Below are positions 1 through 11,400 of a stretch of 64,000 bases of DNA, piece by piece; positions within the stretch are counted from its first letter, which is position 1; each line of letters opens with the position of its first letter. The position numbers and the translations under genes are program-made. Source of the stretch: Hyphochytrium catenoides. Taxonomy: Eukaryota > Protista > Hyphochytriomycota. The notes beneath the pieces are model-generated. The model saw nothing but the letters and a program-made list of their open reading frames with translations. It was not told where the DNA came from and did not search any database. The stretch spans positions 98,871 through 162,870 of the forward strand of contig FLMG01000787.1 of NCBI GenBank assembly GCA_900088475.1, written 5' to 3'.

Positions 1-3000
1 GGTCTTGAGATCTGGTGAGAGGGCGAGGCTGCGAAGGCGAGTCTCATGCATGCCGCCTTGAGAGCAAAATCTATTAGGAAACGCTGTAGCTAATCACATG
101 CCTACTTGTCTTGCTCTCGTCAGTTTTCCCTCGCTCCTCTTTGTTCTTTACAGATGTACTGTCTTCTTGTTGCTTTCTTGGCCCTTGCTCCGCCATCCCT
201 TCGTCTACTAGGATCTCTGCACTTACTGATTTTAAGGGTCTCGATCTCGTGCAGGCACTGAAGAGAGCGATTCCAAAGCTTTAGCATACCATCCCTTCCG
301 CCGGTCGCGAAGCCATCTCTGAACGGCGCCAAGAGAGAGATCGCAGAAGTGTGCGCTTTGATGGAGGAGGAGAGAGAAGAGCCGTCGAACTGACAGATGT
401 ATCCGTCGCTTGTGGAGGCAATTGGCTGGCATTGCTTGCCGTTCTCAAGGTAGAGACAATCAATGAATATCTGCGCATAGGCATATGGAGGACGGAAAAG
501 AGAGCAGTCAAAACGAGGGCAGGACTCAGACTTTAAAAGAGGAGGAGGATAAAGGAAGAGAGTGCAGAAAAGCTTTCTCCAGCTTTGCTATCAGGCTCCC
601 TTACGCGTGCCTCAGTGCTCTTCCTGTCAGTGCCTTCATTTGCATCTCTCACCTTAGGGTTGTCGTTCTTCACTCCTGTTATGGAGGCTGGTGTGTGCTT
701 GCAGAAGGGAGACGTTTCCCAGAAAGATACATGTTGAATGCCGCAGGTCATGATTAAGGGGAGACGAGGGTGAAAGCACGCGCCTAGCACTTTGTTGGGA
801 GAGAGAGTGGACCTGAAGGAATGATATGTCGAAACGAGGGATGAGAGACACATAAGAAGATGAAGCCGGAGAAGAGAGGAGAGAGATACATGGTGTCAGG
901 CTGACAGAGCGAACCGATCATTGAGGTCCAGCCTGGACAAACTGATAGAAGCAAATAGCCACTTCTCCAAAGTACAAGCAGCCAAGCACAAAGAGACAAT
1001 CTTTAAAAAGCCCTGAGAGTCGAATGAGCAGAAAGAGGGCCTGATTACCTGTGGAGGACGTGGCCATCTTCCCAGTGATAGAGGATCAGAGTGTTAAGAG
1101 GATCCAAGCCGACAGAAAGTAGGAGCTCTCCTGTTCCTTCAGAGAATCGCAAGAGAGAGACACCACCCTCATGTTCGCCTCTCAAGATCTGCCGCACCTC
1201 TCCCTTCATTGTGCTCCAGATGACAATGCTGGGGCAGGTCCCTGCCTCCCCGGTGGCCACAAGGTCTTTCATCGGATGCATAGCAAATGAGAGAATCTCG
1301 TCCTTATGTGCCTGTGGTGCAAGGACAGAGAAGACGCAGAAAATTTGAACTCGACGTCAGAGAAGCCTTCCTTCTTCAAACCCTGGCTCGCCGACGCCTC
1401 AATCTTCACTGGCTCTGCCCGTACCACCAGTAGTTTGGCCTGCCCCCATATAAAGTCCTCTTAACAATCTTTTTACCTAGTGTCGCTGTGCTAGGTGAAA
1501 AGATCCGTACCTAATCCTGTTTCCCCTTCTCCTACACCCCCTTGCTGCCTCTCAAGGCTAGTCTTATTAGGCCTGCAGCGCCTTACCAGATTGAATCGCT
1601 GTGACCTACTACTTTGATCAAGAGAGACAACCACAGCACCAGCCGTGTAGACCAGCCTGCCAGCAACGTCATACTCAAGGTTCCGCCTCAGCTTCTCCGC
1701 AGAGTAGCCGCTGACCCATCGTAGCGTCAGGCGGTCAGTCGGAGGCGTTAGGTTGGGTTCAGTAACGGTAGATGAGGATGGCGCAACCACACTCTTCAGC
1801 CACATTCGTAAAGGATTCCCTTGTTCAGATGGCTGGATAACTATAAAAATTTTAAAGGTATAGAGAGAGCTTGAGTGAGATGGCTTCCTTCGAGAGCACA
1901 CATTGTGACATGGCCGCGTCCCTTTGCCTCTGATCGCCGAATAACGTCCTTCTCCTTGTCTCTCTTCTTTCCGCGAATCCTTTCCATTTCATCCTATCTC
2001 TTGTCGCTCCCACTATGCACTTCGTCATTCTCTATTGTGTCCTGCCCTTTACATCCGTCATCTCACGCTCTTTCTTCTCCTGTCTTAACATACCATTCGC
2101 TGTGCTATTGAGAGCTCCGCTATCCAGCGTCCGGTGAACAGTCTCTAGTCCTACGTCCCGGACGAAGGCACTGCCAGGGAGCAGTTCCTTTGCCCCAGCC
2201 TCCACCTCTTCCTGTACGAGGAAGCCACTCGCCTCTGCAGCTTGTGAAGAGGAGACAGAAGGGGAAAGCTTTATTCTCTCCCATTGAAGGATGCAGGCGT
2301 CTTCGCTGCACGACAGTAGATAATCTTCCTCCTTTGTGCTAACGATATGGTTGATGGTGGCACCGTGAGCAGGGTAATATAGATGCGGACTTCCCATTTT
2401 AGTGGCTGGATAGTGAACGACAGAGAGTCCACCAGAGCTATCACCTGCCACAACAGTCTACACAGCACGATAATGGACAGAAAGGATAGAGGGAACACAA
2501 GCACAAAGTCAGTGGCTCGGTAGCAAAGATATTCTAGAGCTACTAGCGGCATTTCTATGGGAGATGCGCGTCTGCAGCCACCGAAGCGGTGAAAAATAGA
2601 GTGAACGGAAGGATGTAAGAGTGGGAGAATTATTAGGAAGCCTTCGAAGGTATTGGGCGGCAGCGACTGAGAAGATGATAGCACTTGCAAGTAGGCTAAA
2701 CTGCTAATGACGGGAGAGGAAGTAGAGCACTCTTAAAGCTCTGAGAGGAGGACGCTATGGACGTGCACCCACCGGGGAGGTAGATAACCTGCAGGTGACT
2801 TTGAACATTCTACCGTCATCTTGCTTTGGCCAGATTCCTATGGAGACAGAATGCCACCGTCAGCTATATTCCGAAGAGGAGAAGGAGAGAGGAGTGCAAG
2901 CAGAGCCGGACATAACGCAATCGATGATGGAGAAGTAGCACGAGGCTGCGAGGGGCCTGAGGAGAGCCCACGCAGAGCAACAGCACAGAACAGAAGGAGC

Positions 3001-6000
3001 AACAACAGAGAACAGCTGAAATTTTCCGAGAGAAGAAGATACGCTACAGTGGAAGCAGGGGTACCGAACCTTGCGTGCGATAGTTGAAAGGGACGGTAAG
3101 TGTTCCCCAAGTAATATCCTTCACGCTGNNNNNNNNNNNNNNNNNNNNNNNNNNNNNNNNNNNNNNNNNNNNNNNNNNNCCACTCTGAGTCCTCACTAAA
3201 ATCCAGCCGAAGAAGGCCTTGGCCTTTCTTCACGTTAGAAGATCGGCTTAGACTTCCATAATCAGAGGCACGGTAAAAGTAGACACCGCCGTCCCCGCTC
3301 GTCATTCCCATCACGGCTCCATTGGGGGAGAACTTGATGTCCGTTATAGACTGCGAAAGGCCGTGAAGGAAAAGGAAGATAAGCCCCACAGGCCTTTCTA
3401 AGGTGGCAGTAAGAGAGTGAAGAATGGGAGAAGCGGATTTGAGAAGGTGTCAGCGGGAGACTGAGCTCCTTTACCTCACTAGCATCTCGAGCTTCGTGTA
3501 CAGGCTGGAAGTCCTTTTCCCGCAAAACCATAAAGGCGCCATTATTTCTATGTTGATGCTCCAGAGATCCGATACCTAGGACAATGTGCTGGCCATTTGC
3601 TGAATATCTTACGGCGTAGGCTGGCGGTCCTTCCAGCGTCATCATCCTTAGCAGGCGCTTGGTGCGGAGATCCCAAATGCGCAAGGTTCTGTCCGGGCCC
3701 ACAGAGCAGATCTCTGGCCTCTCGGGATGAACATCCATGCCAGAAACACCTCCTGCTTGGACCAAGAGAAAGAAAGAACAAGAGGAAGAGAGTGCAAAAC
3801 GGCTGAGACAGACTCGAACTGGCGTGATCACATCTTAAGGACTCTTTAAGAACTACTGAGATCTTTCAAAGAAACCCAGGAAAGAGAGAGATGTGGGGGG
3901 AGAGAGAGAAAAGAGACAGAGAGAGAGTGCACGAGAGTAAAAGAGTTGAGATGAAAAGATTTTGCAATCTCAGAGAAAAAGACATAAAGAGAGAGGTAGT
4001 ATGGGCAAGGAAAGGATATGGACGAGTTGAGAGATGGCGCACCTCTAAAATGACCCGTGACCAGTGGCCAAGGATGGATGTTGGATCCGTCCATCGCGCT
4101 AAGCTCCAAGACCTCAGACGACAGCAAACCCACGAGTATCTTGGTCCTGTCGGCTGCAATCTGTACGCTCTGCACTACTGGAAGGACCCCGAACGAGGAG
4201 ACGTCGAAGACTGTCCGTGGCTCTAAAGCCTTAGTATATAGACGAATCTTATGGTCCTTTCCGCCGGTGATCACTCCGCTTGTAAAACTGCAAAGGCAAG
4301 TGATGGCATTCTGAGGGAGGACCATAGGGAGGAAGAGCAGAGACCATCACAAGGCGACAGGGTACGCAGCAGGGAGGAGAATGGTAGTCCCGGCAATTTG
4401 CGTGAGTCCTTCACCATGTCTACTAGCTCTCTTCCTCTCCCTCGCTTCCCCCTGTGTGTATATATTTGCTGCCTCTGCCTTCAACCCGCTGCGCCGACCC
4501 TTCTCTTTACTATGGACTATGGACATCGTCTCATTCGATGAGTTGCCCCTCCTCCTTCCATGGCTTGCCTGGTAGAGACCTCCTTGTCCATCTACACTTC
4601 AAGCGCTTCTTAAGGTCTTCATGGTCATGACGTCGACACATTCTTTCTGTCTCTCCTTTCCTTCCCTCACATACACTCTAGATCCATAACTCTTGGTCGT
4701 CTCTTCTGATCCTTTTGACTTACATTGTGTGCCTTGATAACCTTTACGCAGTTCCTAGCGTACCAGAGGTAGAGATGCCCGCTAACAGTCCCGGTTAAGA
4801 GATAGTCTTCCAATGATCCCATACAAGTGATAGTCTGTCTCTTTGCCTGTTGGCCGAAGATTCCCTTCTTCTTTGAGTATATTTCCTGTCCCTCTCTCCC
4901 CCAGAAAAAGATGTGATCTACGCCAGCGCAAGCAAAAGTGTCTTCCGTTGACGCGAAAGAGCATGCCAGGACTGGGAGCTAGACGGAACAGCCACGAGAA
5001 AGGTTTTGTTACTCAGAGCAGCGCAACAAACGCTATTCATAGGATGACAGATAAACGGTCAATGATAGCAGAGAAGCGAAAGAGAAGAGCGAGAGATGGC
5101 GAGTGAGCGAGAGCGAGAGAAAGCGAGAGAGAGGAACGGCGGTGAGGACGCAGATGCGAGGACATAAAGCCAAGTAGAAGAAGAGCTCTGAGTTAGACAG
5201 AGCCACTGTTGGCTTATGTCGCCTTGGATGCGGTTCTATCAAGAGCGAAAGAGCTTACATGTGTCGCCACGGAAGTGTATAGAAGCTCTTTGCTGCGCCA
5301 ACGATAGAGGCCGACCAAGTAATCTTTGTCCTTAGAGACCGACAGTAACAAGCTTGTATCCTTTGAGAAGGCGAGGAGGCATATCGTTCCAGCTTGATAA
5401 CCTCTGCATACACAAATGAAGCCTTGTCAGTTACGGAGGATGCTCATTGTTGGAGATGAAGAGGGAGAAAGATTGGTTCCGATGTCTCTCCTTCTTACTT
5501 CAGGATAACTAGCGTCTTCAGCGAGTCTGGCTCCCACACCACAAGGCTCGAATCCGCTCCTCCATAACCTGTGGCCACCAGAGCTCCATTCTAGTTTAAT
5601 AGGTCAGACGGAAGCAGGCGATATCGACGCTTAGTAAGAAGACAGGACGTGAAGGAACGGTCTGATGGATAAATAGAAAGGCTGTCAAATGCGAGGGGCA
5701 CTCGGTTTAAGGTTTGGGGTTCTCCTTAAAATGCGTGAATGCTTTAGCAGTGATAGCCAGAAGCTAGGGAGGCCCTATGAGCACGCGGGATACCTCTGAG
5801 ATTGCCATGCACTGCACCGCTCCACCCCGTGCAGAGTAATAGCGCTGGGTCATGGCTTGTGGATTTAGGACAACAGAGATGGCGCCTGCCACATAAACAA
5901 TGTCTCCAGTGCTGCTATACGCCACGCCTTTGCGGAGAGAGCCCTTAGCACCGTGAACCCATCGCAGTTCCAGACAATCTTGAGGCAGCCTACGGAACGC

Positions 6001-7196
6001 AGAGAGCCTTAATGTATCGAGCGGAGCAGGAATGAAGCCGCGCACCTCTGGCCGAATGGCGCTGTCGGTGATCTTAGCCCTAAGACGAAAGACTACCTAG
6101 TGTCTTCCCTTGGTGGTTGAGATGGAACAGCCTCCAATAGCATCCCATTGAAAGGTCTCTCTCCCCCTTCCGGCGCTGTCACGACTGCCTTGCTCTGATA
6201 GGGTAACTGACAGCGAGGTGTTAGCATTGCCAGCGGATGTCTCTATTTTGAGGACTTTCAAATCCCATTGATTAGAAGCTTACCAGCTCTTCTAAGTTGT
6301 CTGGCGTCTGATTGGCGTTGTTCCTGGTACCTAAGGACCTGATGCGATCGTTATCATCAAAGTGTTCCATCCAGGACCTTGTCTCTGGATGCGTCAGGCA
6401 GAAGTGCAGGAAGTCGCTAAGGGAAATTCTATCGTCCCCATTTTTTCCAGCTTGCCGAAATGCCTAGTAGCACTAGGGCTTAATACTGGAGCCAGAGACC
6501 TATCATAGAGGCTATCAGCCTACCTGGGCGGAGATAGACTCCAGTTCGATGTCTGTGGGGGATGTTTGGTTGGTCAATTTGCACAGTCCTGTCGCTGCGG
6601 ATCTGAGAGCGAGAGTCATCTCATCGATAGTAATTGCTTTGACCTCATTAAAGTCATAGCAATTGAAGATGACTGCGCGGACATTGATGCGGGTTACAGT
6701 CAGACACAGTCTCCAGACAAAGATGTAGTTCAGACTAACATTTGACGGTGTCAGGAGTCCACATTCCTGACGCAACTGATAGCGTTGCCAGCGTCTCCAA
6801 TGCATCGATGAGCCCATTCTATTAGGAAAAAAAGAATGCTTTTAGAGGAAGAAATAAGAACTCAAGATGGAGGAGCCAAAACGCTCTTACTTTGTCAGTG
6901 TCTAGAGCTCTAAATAGCTCCTCAGAAAGAGAGTCCATGCGCTCATTCGTGACATCAAGCTCCGTGCCCAGTTCTCTCATAATGTCTTTGAACTCCAACA
7001 GGCTGATGCCAAACCCGTCCGCAACGCTATTGAACGTCTCCCACAATCCAACAACGGCTGGCCACGACACTAGAGAGGCTGTGAGCTCGAAGACCAATGG
7101 TAGCCCGCAATGAAGCATTTGCCACGGGGTGGACTTACGGTTTGTGAATGGGAGAGCCGCCTCGATATAATCAGCTTTTCCCAGTTTCTGTCCCAT
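1..7196 (-). CDS. EF-hand + EML (echinoderm microtubule-associated protein-like, EML5/6-type) multi-WD40 protein; multi-exon, 3' part continues beyond the window start
   Basis: ATG at 7196 (MGQKLGK). Spliced GT-AG exons give EF-hand DTDK|NGLIDALE and HELP-like motifs LELRWVHG (~5960) and LTLRWVSGY (~1715). Many EML-type WD repeats follow (ITGGKDHKIRLY, CSVGPDRTLRIWD, VATGEAGTCPSIVIW, FATGGRDGMLKLW). Intron 1 is 7138-7070. Confidence 0.85.
3129..3179. other. Assembly gap (51 N) inside the EML-like gene
   Basis: Run of N. The coding frame left of the gap (SVKDITWGTLTVPFNYRTQ) differs from the one the ORF track reads through, so the true gap length is unknown. Confidence 0.95.
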
Positions 7197-7651
7197 CTTG
7201 ACAATACCTCGAGGAGAGGGGATTACTGGTCCTCTGCTATGATAAAGCGAGATCTCGTCACGTTATCCTCTTCTGTATAGGGGGTGCAGACTACTGCCCC
7301 AATCAAGTACCAATCTTAGCTGGTGGTGACAACGCTTCCCTCTCCTCAGTCTACGTTTCCTGTGTGTAACAGTCACATCAGAACCATCCTCGAACCGTAG
7401 AGCCAGTGCGCCGCAGGCAGCTGCCCCATGATGGTGACTTCCGCTATTAACCTCCAAGAGCCTGGACTCTAGATAGAGATCCAGGACGGACCAAGAAGAC
7501 GATGAGGGCAGGGGAAGCCTTAGAAGGCTCACTGTCCCTGGCTTCTTATAAAGGAAAGCTTGGCGTCTGAGAGATGATGGCGCGGGCGCCAAAGGACACA
7601 CCTCCTTCGCCTTGCCGCTTGACCCCTCCCACGGTCCAGCCTCTCATGGTC

Positions 7652-7750
7652 TATAAAACAGTACTGTACGGAGGAGATCCAGTACTGTACTGTAGGGATA
7701 ACGTCGTACATGTAGTACCGCGTACACTTCCTTCGACGACTACAGTAAAT
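7652..7750. promoter_or_regulatory. GTAC/TACAGTA-rich motif cluster in the divergent EML-like / ATAD5 intergenic region
   Basis: TATAAAA at 7652, CAGTACTGTAC at 7659 and 7680, TACATGTA at 7707, and seven GTAC tetramers within 7661-7725. Confidence 0.4.
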
Positions 7751-8482
7751 CTACGAAGTTTGTTTCCCTGCTGGTTGTATCCTCCATGCTTGTGTGCGTT
7801 GTTACTGTTATCCCGTGTACACCATACTTCCACACGTAAACAACAGCGTGTATGTGCCTTGTGACTTGTGACTCTTCGATTTCGTGGTAACTAAATGAAC
7901 CTTGTCTCTGATAATCATCAGAGTGATCTATGCCTATCACAAGCTCCAATGTACCGGTCATACTGTAGAAGCGAAGAATGCCGCGAAAACGCATTCAAAG
8001 TGGCGCGGGAAGCGATGAAGTGCTCTCCCTACAACTTGGCAGGCAAGTGAAGAGAGAACACCGCATTGACAAAGGACTGAAACAGCTCGTCCTGTTGAAG
8101 CCTGAAGATCCTTCCCCTTTGTCCGCTCTTGGAATGGTGCTTCCTCTCCTATGGTCACTTGGAAGTCTATAACGGTGCACTTGTCTCTCTCCTTTCTCTC
8201 ACCAAGTCCTATTTGAAGGCTGCCTGGTCGAGATTCTTAATATCAAGTCGAGCAAATTGACCAGAGCACGAGGCGGACAGTGAAGCAGGATAAGCGGAAA
8301 GCGTGCTGAGTCCACTGGACTGCGGGCTTCCACAAACAGTGGGCGCCCGTAGCCTTCAAGGTCTCCCTACTCCCATTGTGCCGTACAGCAGGAGAAAGGA
8401 ACCCCTTTGACGTGGGGCGGAGGTGTTCTTCTCGGGTATCATTAAGGTGCTTGCAGCTCGTTAATCACAGGTAACCTTCCGG

Positions 8483-11400
8483 ATGACGGTGTCCGCTGGA
8501 CCTAAAAGGAGAAGGAATACTTCCTCGCCGGTCTTACAAGGGAAAGCTCTCACCGGTTTTTTCAATCAGCCAAGCATTGATATTAGCGACGGCACCTCTG
8601 AGGAGTCGGAAAACAATCCTGCCGTGCAGAATCAATACTGCGATGCTCTAAACTCAGCCTCAACAAAGGCTTTTCCTCCTAGTCCCAGGGCCCTTAGCTC
8701 CATGGAAGCAAGAAAAGCGGACAGCGAGCCGGCTGACGGAAGGGAAGCAAAAAGAGTTCAAAGTGACAAGAAACCACGCAGGAAGAAGTCCGAAGGAAGG
8801 AAGACGGAGACAGCCGGAATGCATTCCCTTCAGGCACTGTGGGGTAGCCCTAAGCCTAGCAAAGATTCTTCCAGCACGCCCATCGACTGGCTCGTTGCTT
8901 CTTCTATCCCAGCTGAGGAACAATCGCCGCAAAAGGGGCAAGTAGCCACGCACACCTCCACCTCCATCACTCCTCCTCCTATGCAACAGCCAGAACACCC
9001 CTTCTTTTCAGTGAGAAAGCCGCAACCCGCGACCCCATCGCCGGGAGGAGACTCGTCCGAGAAAAAAAAAGATGTAAGGGATGGAAAGACAAAAGACGTT
9101 AAGAATGAGCTCAAAACCAAAAGAAAGGTGATAAAGTCAAAGCCATCACAGCCTGAACCTCAAGGTGTAAATGAAGAGGATCAAAGCGAACTTGGGGAGC
9201 ACAATGTAAAGAAAGCCGATGGAGGTCAAGGTTCAGCGAGGACTTTGGATTCCGAGGGTGACGCACAGCCGGTGAAGAGGACAAGGTTGCAAAGGAAAGC
9301 TAAGCAGGATGTAAAGTACACTGAAGAAAAGAAAGATACAGATAAAGACGAGGACCTCGAAGCTGAAGTAGAGGCCTCAAAGCCCGCGAGGAAGATTAAG
9401 ACAAGCGGTAAAAGAGACAAGAGTGGAAAGAAGAAGTCAAAGAGTTTGGAACCGGACTCTGCATCCTCGGAGGAGCCAACAGCTGCGGAAATTTCAATTC
9501 TCGATCTATCAGAGGGATCCGAGGTGGAAGTAATTGAGCATAAATCAGGGAAAAGGCGAAAAGCAGACAAAAAGATGGCAGTAGAACAAGGAAGCGCTTC
9601 CAGCGACTTTTTCTTGACCCAAGAGGAGAAGAGAATTAAGGTGGCGCTGGAAGCTGCTGAAAAGCTTAGGCAACAGGTAGGATTAAACCCGTGGCTCCTT
9701 TTTACGGGCGGGCCTCATCGTCACTGGGGATGACCCTCAAAGAACTAGCAGAAGCGTTTATAAATTTTTCTCATAACTTGCCACCCTCCTTTCAACTTCC
9801 GGTATCTCTGCTGACGTTGCTGGCCATTGCTGACTCTATCGTCGCAGATTGAAGCCGCCAAGCAATTGAATGAAGCGTTCAACGCAGGGCGGTCCATCAA
9901 CCCTTTTTTTGCTCCGAAGAGGCCGTCCATACAGCAGCAAGCAAGCAAACGAAGTGATGGGGAGATGGAAATGGAAGGAAGTCTGGCCATGAACAATGCC
10001 AGGCAAATTCAACCAGAATCCTTGGAGGGAGAAAGTGACATTTCGGCTAGGAGGAGCTTGACCTGGCAATTGCCTGACTTTCCTTCGGCAGACTTTGTTG
10101 GACAGAAAGAGAAAGACTACGAGCAAGGATACATCTCCTATGGCTCGCTTTTGGCTGTAGCATGGCCATTGGAATGTGGAAAAGGTCATCTAGCAATACA
10201 TAGCGTCTGCACCGAAGACCAGACGCCAATAAGCATCGACTTAACGCAATCTGCAAGCCCCACCAGTCTTTTGACCAGCATCTCAGGTACACTTCGCTTC
10301 CCAGGTTTTCCTCGCGCTCTATACTTACCCGTACTGGGCTGTATGGGCTTAGGGTGGGCAGGTCTATTTTGCCATCTACACTAACGTTGGTCATGCTAGG
10401 CTTGCTTCATCCTCTTTGCTTAGCTAGCAACGAACCGAAAGCCCGAAGAGAGGATTCCGGCATCAAGGCGGTGATAGACCTGGATGCGCCCATAGATGTC
10501 GAGGCTTTTGTAACCTCACAGGATCTCCAAGACCAGTGGCAGCAGTGGTTGCTCAACAACTTGGAGGAGTTGAAAACTAGACTATCGACCCGCTGGAATG
10601 TCGCCGGAAAAGAAGCAGAGCGAGAATTGAGACGGGTCATCCAGGTATCGCCCATCTCTACCTCTGGGTGCTGGGGTTCTGGTGCGACGGCTTCACTTGT
10701 CTTATCCCGACAATCCAAGATTCTGGCTCTAGGACATCTCCACTTCTTAATTCCTTATATGATGTGCTTCGCCTATTTCACACACGACCTCGCTTTCATT
10801 TGTTTCTTTCAGCGGAACAAGGGAGAGGCTGTGCACCTGCCATGGACAGACAAGTACCGCCCTTTGAGTCACTTGGAAACAGCAGGAAGTCCAGACACAA
10901 GTAAAGGTCAGATGGCACTATCAGTGCTATTACCGCTCTTTTTTCCAGGGGTCTGGTTGTGGCCGTGGTGGTGGTGATGGGTAGGGGCGCTGTGGTTGTT
11001 CCCTGTGTACACAGCTGTGGTCATCTCGTGTTTTGACCACAATGATCACAGAGTTCAAGGAGTGGCTGCAGCAATGGAAGGACTTGAGGGAGGGTGAGCG
11101 CAACGAGACCGAGAAGGATAGTGGCTTTCTATCAGATGAAGATTTTAGCGGATATAGTGACGTAGAGGAAGCTGACTTCCAGTCGTCGGTGTTCTTGCTG
11201 ACAGGAAAGGTAGATATCTTGCCCTTGTCCTCGCTCCGGTGGTGCCAACAATAGCCCCGGCTGCCTTCACATATTCACCCTCTTCGCAACGGCAATTCTC
11301 CTTAATCTAACCACTCTCGAATCTTGCTTCTGCCCTTACGTTTAGACTTCGAGTGGAAAGACATCAACAGTCTATGCCTGCGCCACTGAGTTAGGTTTTG

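Noticed and set aside
2838-3389. 183-aa ORF spanning the N run
   Set aside because: An artefact of reading through an assembly gap and intron sequence; only part is a real EML-like exon.
6078-6100. Apparent ~17-nt micro-intron (GTAGTC...TTAG on -) in the EML-like gene
   Set aside because: A simpler model uses the acceptor at 6097, with the exon starting GTA GTC TTT CGT in frame with the downstream ORF.
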